Source: Promethearchaeota archaeon
GTDB taxonomy: Archaea > Asgardarchaeota > Lokiarchaeia > Sigyniarchaeales > SOKP01
Length of the DNA: 64,000 nt
Reading direction: 5' to 3'
Assembly (NCBI GenBank): GCA_019058245.1
Contig: JAHPZJ010000030.1
Location: 1-64,000, forward strand
Below, one piece after another: positions 32,868 to 41,693 of the stretch (positions are counted from its first letter, which is position 1; every line of letters starts with the position of its first letter). The position numbers and the translations under genes are program-made. Under the pieces are notes generated by a model that worked only from the letters and a program-made list of their open reading frames with translations, ran no database searches and was not told where the DNA came from.

Positions 32868-33406
32868 TATTTGATTTTAGTCCAACCTTCTCTTTCCCAT
32901 GATTTATTAAGGAAGACATAATCGGGTCTTTTACCAGTACATAATTCAATAAATACTATACCATACCCTATTGTTACATTATAATAATTTTGCCAATCAC
33001 GAGGCATGTCTACAAAAGTCATATGTAGTTCTCTATCAGAGATGAATTCTGTAACTATTTCTCCAAAATTAAAAACTCTTCTGTGAAAACGTGAATATTT
33101 CTCAAAAGCCATTTTAATATCTTCCTTATCAACAGTGGAGTGGTAAATCGTTGTAAGTAAACGTTCTGATCCATTTATACCCCATTGAACCAAATCTGAT
33201 GGATTATTTCGTGCTTCAACAAAGCATAAAGTATCATATAATTCCCGATACTCTTTAAAAGGATACCATGATCCCATCAGAATTCGTTGTTGTAGAAATT
33301 CTTTTGCCTTGTCTGAAAGTCTCTCATTATATGACTTCAATCCTTTAGGACTAGTTTTAATTGCCTTTACAAGCGTTATAGTAATTGCTCCTTTCACTTG
33401 TTTCAA
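32852..33406 (-). CDS. 184-aa array paralog 3 (H-NOX/V4R-like)
   Basis: Same motifs; TTG start. Confidence 0.85.
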   Translation of the reverse strand: MKQVKGAITITLVKAIKTSPKGLKSYNERLSDKAKEFLQQRILMGSWYPFKEYRELYDTLCFVEARNNPSDLVQWGINGSERLLTTIYHSTVDKEDIKMAFEKYSRFHRRVFNFGEIVTEFISDRELHMTFVDMPRDWQNYYNVTIGYGIVFIELCTGKRPDYVFLNKSWEREGWTKIKYSWTP

Positions 33407-33687
33407 ATTAATCTCCTTACCTAGCTTAAATTATTCTATACATTTTTTACCTAATATGAAGATTTAGAGAATCTTCCAAAATTATAGTAAAAGATGGATT
33501 ATTTAAGTATATGTAAATCATTAATTTTCGTATTATTTTAGCTTAAAAAATTTTTTGATTTCTTCTTTTATCAGTAATGAAGAAAATTGTTTTTAGCACT
33601 ATAAAATGATTTAGAATATATCTTAAAGGATAGTGTGTTCTTATCCGATTGGAGCCTTCATTTCTAATATATAGGTTCATATACTTT

Positions 33688-34242
33688 TCAAGGAGTCCAT
33701 GAAAGCTTGATTTTAGTCCAGCCTTCTCTTTCCCATGATTTATTAAGGAAGATATAATTGGGTTTTTTGTTAATAGTAGATTCGACAAATGAAATTACCC
33801 ACCCCATTGCTATGTAATAATAATTTGACCAATCACGAGGAAGATCTATATAAGTAAATTCTATCTCTGTATCAGAGACAAATTTTGCTTTAATTTCACC
33901 AAAATTAAAAACTAGTCTGTGAAAACGCGTATATTGTGTTGTAAGTGCTTGAAGATTTCCTTTTTCAATAATAGATTTGTAAATGGTTGAAAGCCAAACT
34001 TTTGACTCGCCTAATCCCCATCCTGTTAAAGTTTTTGGATCATTTTTTGCTTCAATTAAACATAAAGCATCAAAACATTCTCTATATGCATCATAAGGAT
34101 ACCATGATCCCGCAAGAATCCTTCGATTAAGTAAATCTTTTGCTTTATCTGAGAGAATCTGGTTATATGGTCCCAATCCTTTAGGACTTGTTTTAATATT
34201 CTTTATAATCGTTACTGCCATTGATCCTTTTACTTGTTTCAA
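33688..34242 (-). CDS. 184-aa array paralog 2 (H-NOX/V4R-like)
   Basis: Same motifs; TTG start. Confidence 0.85.
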   Translation of the reverse strand: MKQVKGSMAVTIIKNIKTSPKGLGPYNQILSDKAKDLLNRRILAGSWYPYDAYRECFDALCLIEAKNDPKTLTGWGLGESKVWLSTIYKSIIEKGNLQALTTQYTRFHRLVFNFGEIKAKFVSDTEIEFTYIDLPRDWSNYYYIAMGWVISFVESTINKKPNYIFLNKSWEREGWTKIKLSWTP

Positions 34243-34497
34243 ATAAATCCCCTTAGATAGAATATTGAAAAATAATATTCTTTTTGAAGAGTTCTACAAA
34301 AATATATGCAAATTAAGATATAAAAAGTTTTATCACAGTATTAATTTCATTTCATTTTAATGGATGATATTTTAGATATCTTTGTCAATTTATAAAAAAT
34401 AGAATATTATTTGAGATATATCGAGAATAATATGAAGATAAACTTGTTTTAATAACAGTTGCAAGTCTTAATTTTAACGAATAGAATTTTCAATTTG

Positions 34498-35052
34498 TTA
34501 TGAATTCCAATAGTATTTAACTATGGTCCAACCCTCGTTTTTCCATGATTTATTTAAGTATTCATAATTTACTTCTTTATCAAGACACATTCCTATAAAT
34601 ACGATTGCCCACCCTATAGCTGTATGATACCAATTTTCCCATTCTCGATCCATATTTGTATACGTAAATTTTACTTCGTTATCACAGATAAATTCTGGCA
34701 TAATTTCACCAAAATTCATAGCCCTTCTGTGAAATCGTATATATCTCTCAACTGCAGATTCGATATCTTCTTTAATAACTGAAGACTGATATATTGATGA
34801 AAATGTTCTTTTTCCTTCCATCATACCCCATTGAACTAAGATTTTTGGATCATTTTTTGCTTCTATAAAACATAAAGCATTATAACATTCTTTATAATCT
34901 TCAAAAGGATACCATGCTGCGCTTAGAATTCGTTGTTTAAGAAATTCTTTTGCTTTATCTGAAAGTAACCTGTCATATTCACTTCTTTTTTGATGATTTG
35001 CTTTAATGGACTTTACAATTGTTAATATTGTCGCTCCTTTTATTTTTTCCAA
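34498..35052 (-). CDS. 184-aa array paralog 1 (H-NOX/V4R-like)
   Basis: Same motifs; TTG start. Confidence 0.85.
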   Translation of the reverse strand: MEKIKGATILTIVKSIKANHQKRSEYDRLLSDKAKEFLKQRILSAAWYPFEDYKECYNALCFIEAKNDPKILVQWGMMEGKRTFSSIYQSSVIKEDIESAVERYIRFHRRAMNFGEIMPEFICDNEVKFTYTNMDREWENWYHTAIGWAIVFIGMCLDKEVNYEYLNKSWKNEGWTIVKYYWNS

Positions 35053-35291
35053 ATAAATCCCCTTCTTAACTTAAATTGCTTTGTAATAAATTAACCTAAA
35101 CTTACTTTTTCCAATAAGAAAGTCTAGTGAGTTTTTCAAAATTATAATATAAAATTATTTATATAAACTTTTTTTTAAACTCAAAATTTCGTGTTAATTC
35201 AACATAACAAACTAAAACGCTTTTGGGTAAATATTAGGATTTCTTATTTATTAATAGAATAGAAATAAATTTTGGATTCTAATTTTTTGGA

Positions 35292-35876
35292 CTAAAAAGA
35301 TTTTTCTGAATATAAATTGTTTAAATGTGTTATCCATTCCATTCCAAGATTTTCTAGATGAGATATGAAATTTAATGAACTTAATTTTTTAATATCTTGA
35401 AACTCATTTTTATATTCTTCATAAAGTTCTATAAAATATTTATGTATTAAATTTTCAAACGATTTAATATGAATATATGGATTTAGGAAGAATATAACAG
35501 TAAAATTATCTAAATCAAAAATAGAATGAAATTTGATATTAGAGCCCTTAAGATTAATACAGGGCACATCTTGAATATTAATTTCTTCTGAAAATCTTTC
35601 TAAGGCACTTATAAACATTGGAATGAGTTCTATATTAAAGCATTCACTTTTTGATGGATCTTTCATATTCTTTTTAAGATAAAATTCTAAAGCTCCCTTA
35701 TGACTCTCAAATAATGCAATTGTTTTTCCTTCTTTATCTGATAAGATACACCCAATAAACGGGGGTGGAGAAAAATCATAAATACTTTTAAAACTGAAGT
35801 CCTTTTTACTCTGCTGATTGTCTAATTCTAAGAAAGCATTTAATGTCATTTTTTTATTCTCACTATCTTTATCCAA
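35292..35876 (-). CDS. Hypothetical protein, probable roadblock/longin-like fold
   Basis: GCILSDKEGKTI...LIPMFISALERFSEEI pattern (beta-beta-alpha), followed by beta strands and a helix. Confidence 0.55.
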   Translation of the reverse strand: MDKDSENKKMTLNAFLELDNQQSKKDFSFKSIYDFSPPPFIGCILSDKEGKTIALFESHKGALEFYLKKNMKDPSKSECFNIELIPMFISALERFSEEINIQDVPCINLKGSNIKFHSIFDLDNFTVIFFLNPYIHIKSFENLIHKYFIELYEEYKNEFQDIKKLSSLNFISHLENLGMEWITHLNNLYSEKSF

Positions 35877-36057
35877 TTAGAAGAATTATTTTGTATATAA
35901 ATAGATAACAAAAAAAAGTATTTTGTGATTTTGATATAAAATAACATCTTTTTGTGTACAAAAAAACATTATGATTTCTTACCTTAATACTATAGAATTA
36001 TTACTAAATCTTCTTACTTATGGATTTTAAATATATTTATAAAATTAAATTAAAATT

Positions 36058-36240
36058 ATGTTGGAAAATATATATTGTGATAAATGCGGGCATCCTATGA
36101 AGGGTGATGTTATTCATAAAGAAGATAATAAAGATTGTACTCATTATTACTGTTCTAAATGTGGATTTAATTATGAATCGGGATTTCGGTATAATGCATT
36201 AATGAAACAATACATTAAATACATACATTTTCATTCGTAA
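36058..36240 (+). CDS. Small zinc-ribbon protein
   Basis: CDKCG...CSKCG. Confidence 0.6.
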   Translation: MLENIYCDKCGHPMKGDVIHKEDNKDCTHYYCSKCGFNYESGFRYNALMKQYIKYIHFHS

Positions 36241-36438
36241 TTAAGTACTTAGGACATGTACTAAGACGAAATCCTATTAAAAATTGATTGATATTAATTT
36301 TATATCTTTTGCGGTTTGGGTTAAAATAAACATAAATTTTAGTATTGTGAAAATTGTGTGAGTTATATTAAAATTTATGATTTATACCAATATTTAACGT
36401 AAATACTTAATATACTAAATTCTCAATAATAAAATTCG

Positions 36439-36624
36439 ATGAGAAATAGTGTTTCAATTGAGGAAATTAATTTAAAAAAACCATTAAAAGAAAATGAAAC
36501 ATGTTTCTTTTATTCTATGGGAGAATGCCTTCATGTTAAGAGGATTTCTGATAAATGTGTTGTATTAAATTGTAAGTTATATAAATCTATGTATCCAATT
36601 AAAAAGAGATCCAATAACAAATAG
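36439..36624 (+). CDS. Small Cys-rich hypothetical protein
   Basis: Four Cys in 61 aa; ATG start with AT-rich upstream region. Confidence 0.45.
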   Translation: MRNSVSIEEINLKKPLKENETCFFYSMGECLHVKRISDKCVVLNCKLYKSMYPIKKRSNNK

Positions 36625-36774
36625 ATAAAATCTTGCTATTTACAATTTTATCATCGCTTTTAATAAATTAAATGAAAAGTAATCATATTCATATTTCATT
36701 AAGTTTATTATATACATTTTTTTTAAGCTTTTGATTAAAAAAAGAAATAATAATCCCAAAACCCATGCAAGGTC

Positions 36775-36811
36775 GTCATTGAATGTCTCATTTTTTTCAC
36801 ATTCATTTCAT
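36775..36811 (-). promoter_or_regulatory. Eukaryote-like SECIS element in the 3' UTR of the selenoprotein gene
   Basis: 5'-AUGAA-A-UGAAUGU-[GAAAAAAAUGAG]-ACAUUCA-A-UGAC-3': AUGA/GA core, 7-bp perfect stem, A-rich loop; starts 2 nt after the stop codon. Confidence 0.8.
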
Positions 36812-36813
36812 TC

Positions 36814-37338
36814 TTATTTGGGATTTATAATATATTTATCAATCAGAATGATCATTGCACCTACAGAAGGCCTATCGGTTTTATCTCTTCCTACATATTT
36901 CCAAATTATTTTTCTGTTTTTGTCAAGGAGGAATTTGCTTGGTATTGCTTGTTTTACTTTTAGTTTTCCCCAACCTTCAGCAAACCAATACACATTATAA
37001 TCTTTAGCGATTTTTGCTCCACGATCTGAAATCATATCTATAGGAAATTTATTTTCTTCCTTGAATTTTTTTAGTAGTCCAAGAGAATCAGTAGCTATTG
37101 AAATAATCTTAATATTTCTTTTCTCAAATTCATGAAATTGCTTTGTTAAACGCTCTAATTCTTCCTTTCAGTAGCTTCACCACGTCCCCCGAAAAAAATC
37201 AATCAATACTCCATTATGAATTTTAAGTAATTCATCTAAATCCACTGGTTTTCCGTATATATCAAAAGATTTTATTAGTGGTCCTTGTGAATTCAGTGGT
37301 AATCCTTTTGGTCTTGTAGTACTATTATCAGTCGTCAT
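36814..37338 (-). CDS. Peroxiredoxin-like (AhpC/TSA, thioredoxin fold) selenoprotein with UxxU motif, 174 aa
   Basis: Continuous frame from ATG 37338: DFFRGTW-TGA-SY-TGA-KEEL, with both TGA at the CxxC positions; then IATD, FPIDMISD, AIPSKFLLD, DRP. Confidence 0.9.
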
Positions 37339-37464
37339 TTTATTAATAATTCTAAATATAATTCCAATGAAATTTTTTTATATTGACTAACAAAATTAGT
37401 AATTTTAAAGATTTGTTTTTCAAAAATTAGCAATAATAAAATAGATTATTATCTTTATTAAAAA

Positions 37465-37989
37465 CTAGTGTGAATACTTTTCAAAAAGAATTTCTGTCAT
37501 TACATTAAAAGCTTTCTCGACATTCTCTCCTGTTTTAGAAGATAATTCTACAAAAGAAGCAAGATTGTATTTTTTTGCGGCTAATATTCCATCATCTCGC
37601 GATACTGCACGGAAATCATGCAAATCTACTTTCGAACCAATTAACATTATAGGTATTTCTCCTGCATGTTCTCTTATTACTTGAGTCCAATCAGGTAAAT
37701 GATCTAATGATGTTTGATTAGTGATATCGTATAGGAAAAATGCCCCATTTGCACCTTTACTATATTGAGAAAGTAAAAAGCGAAATCGTTCTTCTCCACC
37801 AAAATCCCATATTTGTAATTTGACTTTCTTATCCTTGAAGGAGGTGGTCTTACTATAAAAATCTACTCCAATTGTTAATTTGAGGTCTTCCATAAAATAT
37901 CCAGAGATATATCTCATAGTAAGGGATGTCTTTCCTACAGATGCATCACCAAGCATCATAATTTTAAATGTATAATCGTAATTCGTCAT
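37465..37989 (-). CDS. Rab-like small GTPase
   Basis: FKIMMLGDASVGKT, TIGVDF, KLQIWDFGGEERFR, GSKVD, SSKTG. Confidence 0.95.
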   Translation of the reverse strand: MTNYDYTFKIMMLGDASVGKTSLTMRYISGYFMEDLKLTIGVDFYSKTTSFKDKKVKLQIWDFGGEERFRFLLSQYSKGANGAFFLYDITNQTSLDHLPDWTQVIREHAGEIPIMLIGSKVDLHDFRAVSRDDGILAAKKYNLASFVELSSKTGENVEKAFNVMTEILFEKYSH

Positions 37990-38121
37990 TATATTCTTTT
38001 CAAGTTTAAAATTTATAATAATAATATAGGATAATCCTAATTTAATTTTATAATATTATTATCTCCAATATTAATTATTTTTTGTATATTTAAAATTAAT
38101 ATTTTCATTATAAAGTAAAAG

Positions 38122-38763
38122 TTAAATTAGTAAAATAAGGATATTAAAGCAAGAATGGGCAATTGAACAAGGAATTATAGAATATTCGAAATACACAAAT
38201 ATAAGAGAAAGTAACACTCCAAATACTAAATAGTATCCAGAATATGTAATAATTGTTGTTATAGGCACTAGAATTGGTGGAACATGATAAAGTGTAAAAA
38301 TTAGAGATGATAGAAAAATACTGAAAATTAAATTTAATTTAGTTTCGAATTTTTTAATAAGAAATCCTCTGAAAAAAGCTTCTTCACACGGTCCAATAAT
38401 AAGTATATTTAAAATTATGATGATTACCATTTGAATAATATTAGGATGAATTGGTTCTGTGCTAATAGCTCCTTTTTGACCAAGTTCGACAAAACCAGAA
38501 CCAAACAGATTTGTAATAATAATATCCTTGAAAAATATAATGATATAACTACCAAAAAAGAAAAATAATATTCCAAGACCCAATCCGGTGATTATTTTTA
38601 TTAATAAATTTTCATTCTCACGAAAACCCATATCCTTTATAATTTCTTGAAATGATCTCTTTTCCAATTTACTGAATATTAAAGCGGGAATGATTACAAA
38701 CATTAATTCCAAAAATGTTAACCCGATTAAAATCCAAGGATTTTCTCCTAATTGTATAACCAT
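38122..38763 (-). CDS. CPBP/CAAX-type intramembrane glutamic endopeptidase
   Basis: EEAFFRG, F.LYH, AHSCFN. Confidence 0.9.
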   Translation of the reverse strand: MVIQLGENPWILIGLTFLELMFVIIPALIFSKLEKRSFQEIIKDMGFRENENLLIKIITGLGLGILFFFFGSYIIIFFKDIIITNLFGSGFVELGQKGAISTEPIHPNIIQMVIIIILNILIIGPCEEAFFRGFLIKKFETKLNLIFSIFLSSLIFTLYHVPPILVPITTIITYSGYYLVFGVLLSLIFVYFEYSIIPCSIAHSCFNILILLI

Positions 38764-38857
38764 TTTTCCTATATTGTTATTGTTAACTAATCCTAATAAA
38801 TCAAAAAATTAAATATCTCATAATTATTAATATTAATTTTATTATTTCTACTTTTAA

Positions 38858-40138
38858 ATGACAATTAGGGATAAATTAATTGGATCAGAAAAGCGTTCTT
38901 TTAAGAATGTTAATCAGGACAAGAATAGTATTGATGAACTTGGTCTTACAAAAGAACAACTTCTTTTAAATGATCTTAAAACTATTGCAAAAGAATATTT
39001 AGAGATTGAAAAATTGAAAAACTCTTTTGTAGATGTCATTTTGAAAAATTTAGATAATTTAGATTTTAATGAATTCATTGATTTTCCTAAGTTTTATATT
39101 AAAGAAGCAACTTTGAAAAAAAAAGTATCCTCCGCTAACATTCAGGGATTAAATGTTGTTAGTGTAGATGGAAGTTCTGTTACGAAGAAATTTATGAATG
39201 TAGATTTTTCATTTTTAAAAGCTATTGCAGTGAAATATTATTTTCAGAAAAATCATAATGCAAACATTGTTTATTATCCAGACCTTAGCGGATTTAATAA
39301 TTATTATGTACAAGGAAATTTCTTTAATCGAGATGATACTGCTATCGAAACAAAAATATCTATTGATATGACTTTCATGGAAATCAATCTATTAAATAGA
39401 TTAATAAAAAAGACTTCTGGAATTGACATGATAATAATTGATGGTTCGATTGTTATTATGCCTATAAATTTATTATTTTCTAAAGATCTTGAAATATCAA
39501 AAAAATATGATATATTATTGAAAGAGTATCATAAATTATATCTGAATTGTAAAGAAAAAGGTATTTTATTAATAGGTTCAATTAAAGATACGAGAACATC
39601 TGCTCTTTCTCACATTTTAAGAGACACAATTCAATTATTAAAACCTAATTATTCAAAATTAACGGATTTTATCACAATAAATTATCGAAATATAATTGAA
39701 TATTTTTCAGATGTAGATCTGTTCAATCGAGTTTTAAAAAAGGCTGAAAGAACGTGTATCTTTAATTGCAAGAGAGAAATTGATAAAATTAGAGATACTG
39801 GAATAAAAAAAGAAATTCCATACTACTTTCCTTTATCTTTTTATGCATTTTATCTAAAAACAACTCATTATGATATGCCATGTAGAATTGAATTCTTTAT
39901 GGAAGAAAAACATCAATATTTTAAAGCTTCAGAAACTGCAGACTTAATTTCCTCTATCCTTTTACCAATTTCAAGTTTAAATGAACATTATGGATTACCA
40001 ATCCCTCAAATTGAAGCCCATAAAAGAGCCGTCTTTAAACCAAAAGAAATTGATTTGTTATTCAATAACTTAAATAGAACTTTGAACATGCATGGCATTA
40101 AGTTATTAGAAAAAAGAAGAAACAGAAGACCTTTCTAA
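38858..40138 (+). CDS. nurA: NurA family nuclease
   Basis: VSVDGS, E, IIDGS, GSIKD, YGLPIPQIEAH..A. Confidence 0.88.
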   Translation: MTIRDKLIGSEKRSFKNVNQDKNSIDELGLTKEQLLLNDLKTIAKEYLEIEKLKNSFVDVILKNLDNLDFNEFIDFPKFYIKEATLKKKVSSANIQGLNVVSVDGSSVTKKFMNVDFSFLKAIAVKYYFQKNHNANIVYYPDLSGFNNYYVQGNFFNRDDTAIETKISIDMTFMEINLLNRLIKKTSGIDMIIIDGSIVIMPINLLFSKDLEISKKYDILLKEYHKLYLNCKEKGILLIGSIKDTRTSALSHILRDTIQLLKPNYSKLTDFITINYRNIIEYFSDVDLFNRVLKKAERTCIFNCKREIDKIRDTGIKKEIPYYFPLSFYAFYLKTTHYDMPCRIEFFMEEKHQYFKASETADLISSILLPISSLNEHYGLPIPQIEAHKRAVFKPKEIDLLFNNLNRTLNMHGIKLLEKRRNRRPF

Positions 40139-40821
40139 CCAAAATTAATATTTAATCTATTTAAAATAAGATCCTCAAAAAATATATGCTCTTTTTTAAC
40201 GATTCTATTTTTGTATCCTAAGTTAACAATTTTTTTATTTAATTTTGATAAGTTTGTTCTACTAGAACTAATGTAATATATGTAATGTTCTTCTTTCAAA
40301 TCTAAAAAAAATTTAGCGTTGGAAAGAAAATCAATTAAAAGTTCATAACCTTTTGGTCCGCCATCCCAACTATAATCGATATATTGTTTATTTTGATTTT
40401 CTTTAATAAGAGAAGAGGAGGGTAAATATGGAGGATTAAAGATGATAATATTGAATGAATTTTCCAACTTTTTTGGAAAGGATTTAAATAAATCTGAATG
40501 TATTAAATTAATCTGCTTATAGATTTTATTTCTTTTCGCGTTTAACTTAGCACATTTTAGAGAATTTTCTAAAATGTCAGATCCATATATCAATGGGTTA
40601 AAATTTGGAATCTGCATCGCAATTAATCTTAAAAAGATAGAAATTATCCCAGTCCCAGTGCCAACATCAAGTATTTTTTTAATTTTACTCAATTTGATAC
40701 CATCAAAATTATCATAATTAATTTTGTGTTTAAAATAGTCTATTATTAAATAACTATCATCAGAAGGAGAGTAAACATCTTCAAAATCACAATAAATTAT
40801 TGGATCTGGTAAAGAAGGTAT
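40135..40821 (-). CDS. HemK2/N6AMT1-type release-factor methyltransferase (probable ATA start)
   Basis: LDVGTGTG, NPPY, WDGG; conserved VYSPSDDSYL lies upstream of the track start, and only ATA codons are available before it. Confidence 0.88.
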   Translation of the reverse strand: MPSLPDPIIYCDFEDVYSPSDDSYLIIDYFKHKINYDNFDGIKLSKIKKILDVGTGTGIISIFLRLIAMQIPNFNPLIYGSDILENSLKCAKLNAKRNKIYKQINLIHSDLFKSFPKKLENSFNIIIFNPPYLPSSSLIKENQNKQYIDYSWDGGPKGYELLIDFLSNAKFFLDLKEEHYIYYISSSRTNLSKLNKKIVNLGYKNRIVKKEHIFFEDLILNRLNINFG

Positions 40822-40847
40822 ATATATCGCCTAATATTATTTAAATT

Positions 40848-41693
40848 TTAAGAATAAAATACTTTGCTAATTTCAATAAGTTCATTTGGTGTAAAATTAA
40901 GTAATTTTTTATTTTCATAATTATTTTTCTGTAGAATCATAAGGATTTCTTCTTTTGTGTATTTTCTTTTAGTTAAAGCTTTAAAATAAATATCCAAAGC
41001 ATTTGAAATATTTTTATTTTTATAAGGCATTATTCCCGCTATAAATCTTAAAAAATAAGCTATTGAGTCTTTTTCCATTAAAAATGAATTAATTTCGGTC
41101 TTAGGTACTAATTTAATAAGTGATAATGATATTTTTGGAATGGGATAAAAGCTCATTCTCGAAATAGTAGATCTAGAAACAGGATTTACAAAAGCATTAG
41201 TATTAACACTAATTCTTGAATAATTTTTAGAATTTTCTGAGAAGAAGATTCTGTCAGCTATGTTTTTTTCAATCATTAAAACACCGATTGGTGGCTTATT
41301 TTTGAAAAATATTTTCTCTAAAATTGGACCTGTTATTGAATATGGAATATTTGATACTACCTTTGTATGAAAAGGAAGTTCTAATTCAAGCACATTTCCA
41401 TAAATAATCTCAATATTATCAAAATTTCTAAATTTTTCATCTAAATAAGAAAACAGACGATAATCAATTTCAATTGCATAAATCTTTTTAACATATTTTA
41501 CCAACTCTTCCGTTAAGGCGCCTAGACCAGGTCCAATTTCTAAAATGACATCATTTTTAGAGATTTCTGAAAATGATATAATTTTATTTACTATATTTTT
41601 ATCTATTAAGAAATTTTGTCCTAATTTTTTATTTGGATTTATTTTTAGTTGCTTTAAAATGAGTTGTACTTCTCTTTTATCCATAAAATTCAT
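40848..41693 (-). CDS. ksgA: 16S rRNA dimethyladenosine transferase KsgA/Dim1
   Basis: KKLGQNFLID, EIGPGLGALT, SNIPYSIT. Confidence 0.95.
   Translation of the reverse strand: MNFMDKREVQLILKQLKINPNKKLGQNFLIDKNIVNKIISFSEISKNDVILEIGPGLGALTEELVKYVKKIYAIEIDYRLFSYLDEKFRNFDNIEIIYGNVLELELPFHTKVVSNIPYSITGPILEKIFFKNKPPIGVLMIEKNIADRIFFSENSKNYSRISVNTNAFVNPVSRSTISRMSFYPIPKISLSLIKLVPKTEINSFLMEKDSIAYFLRFIAGIMPYKNKNISNALDIYFKALTKRKYTKEEILMILQKNNYENKKLLNFTPNELIEISKVFYS

Noticed and set aside
28891-35052. Diversity-generating retroelement, CRISPR or integron explanation for the array
   Set aside because: No reverse transcriptase, integrase, TR/VR pair or short regular repeats; divergence is spread along the genes and most spacers differ
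36661-36710. AT-only inverted repeat as a second SECIS
   Set aside because: Lacks a correctly placed 3' GA core; more likely a terminator-region hairpin or chance
36814-37035. 73-aa ORF as a stand-alone gene or pseudogene remnant
   Set aside because: It is the C-terminal part of the TGA-recoded 174-aa selenoprotein
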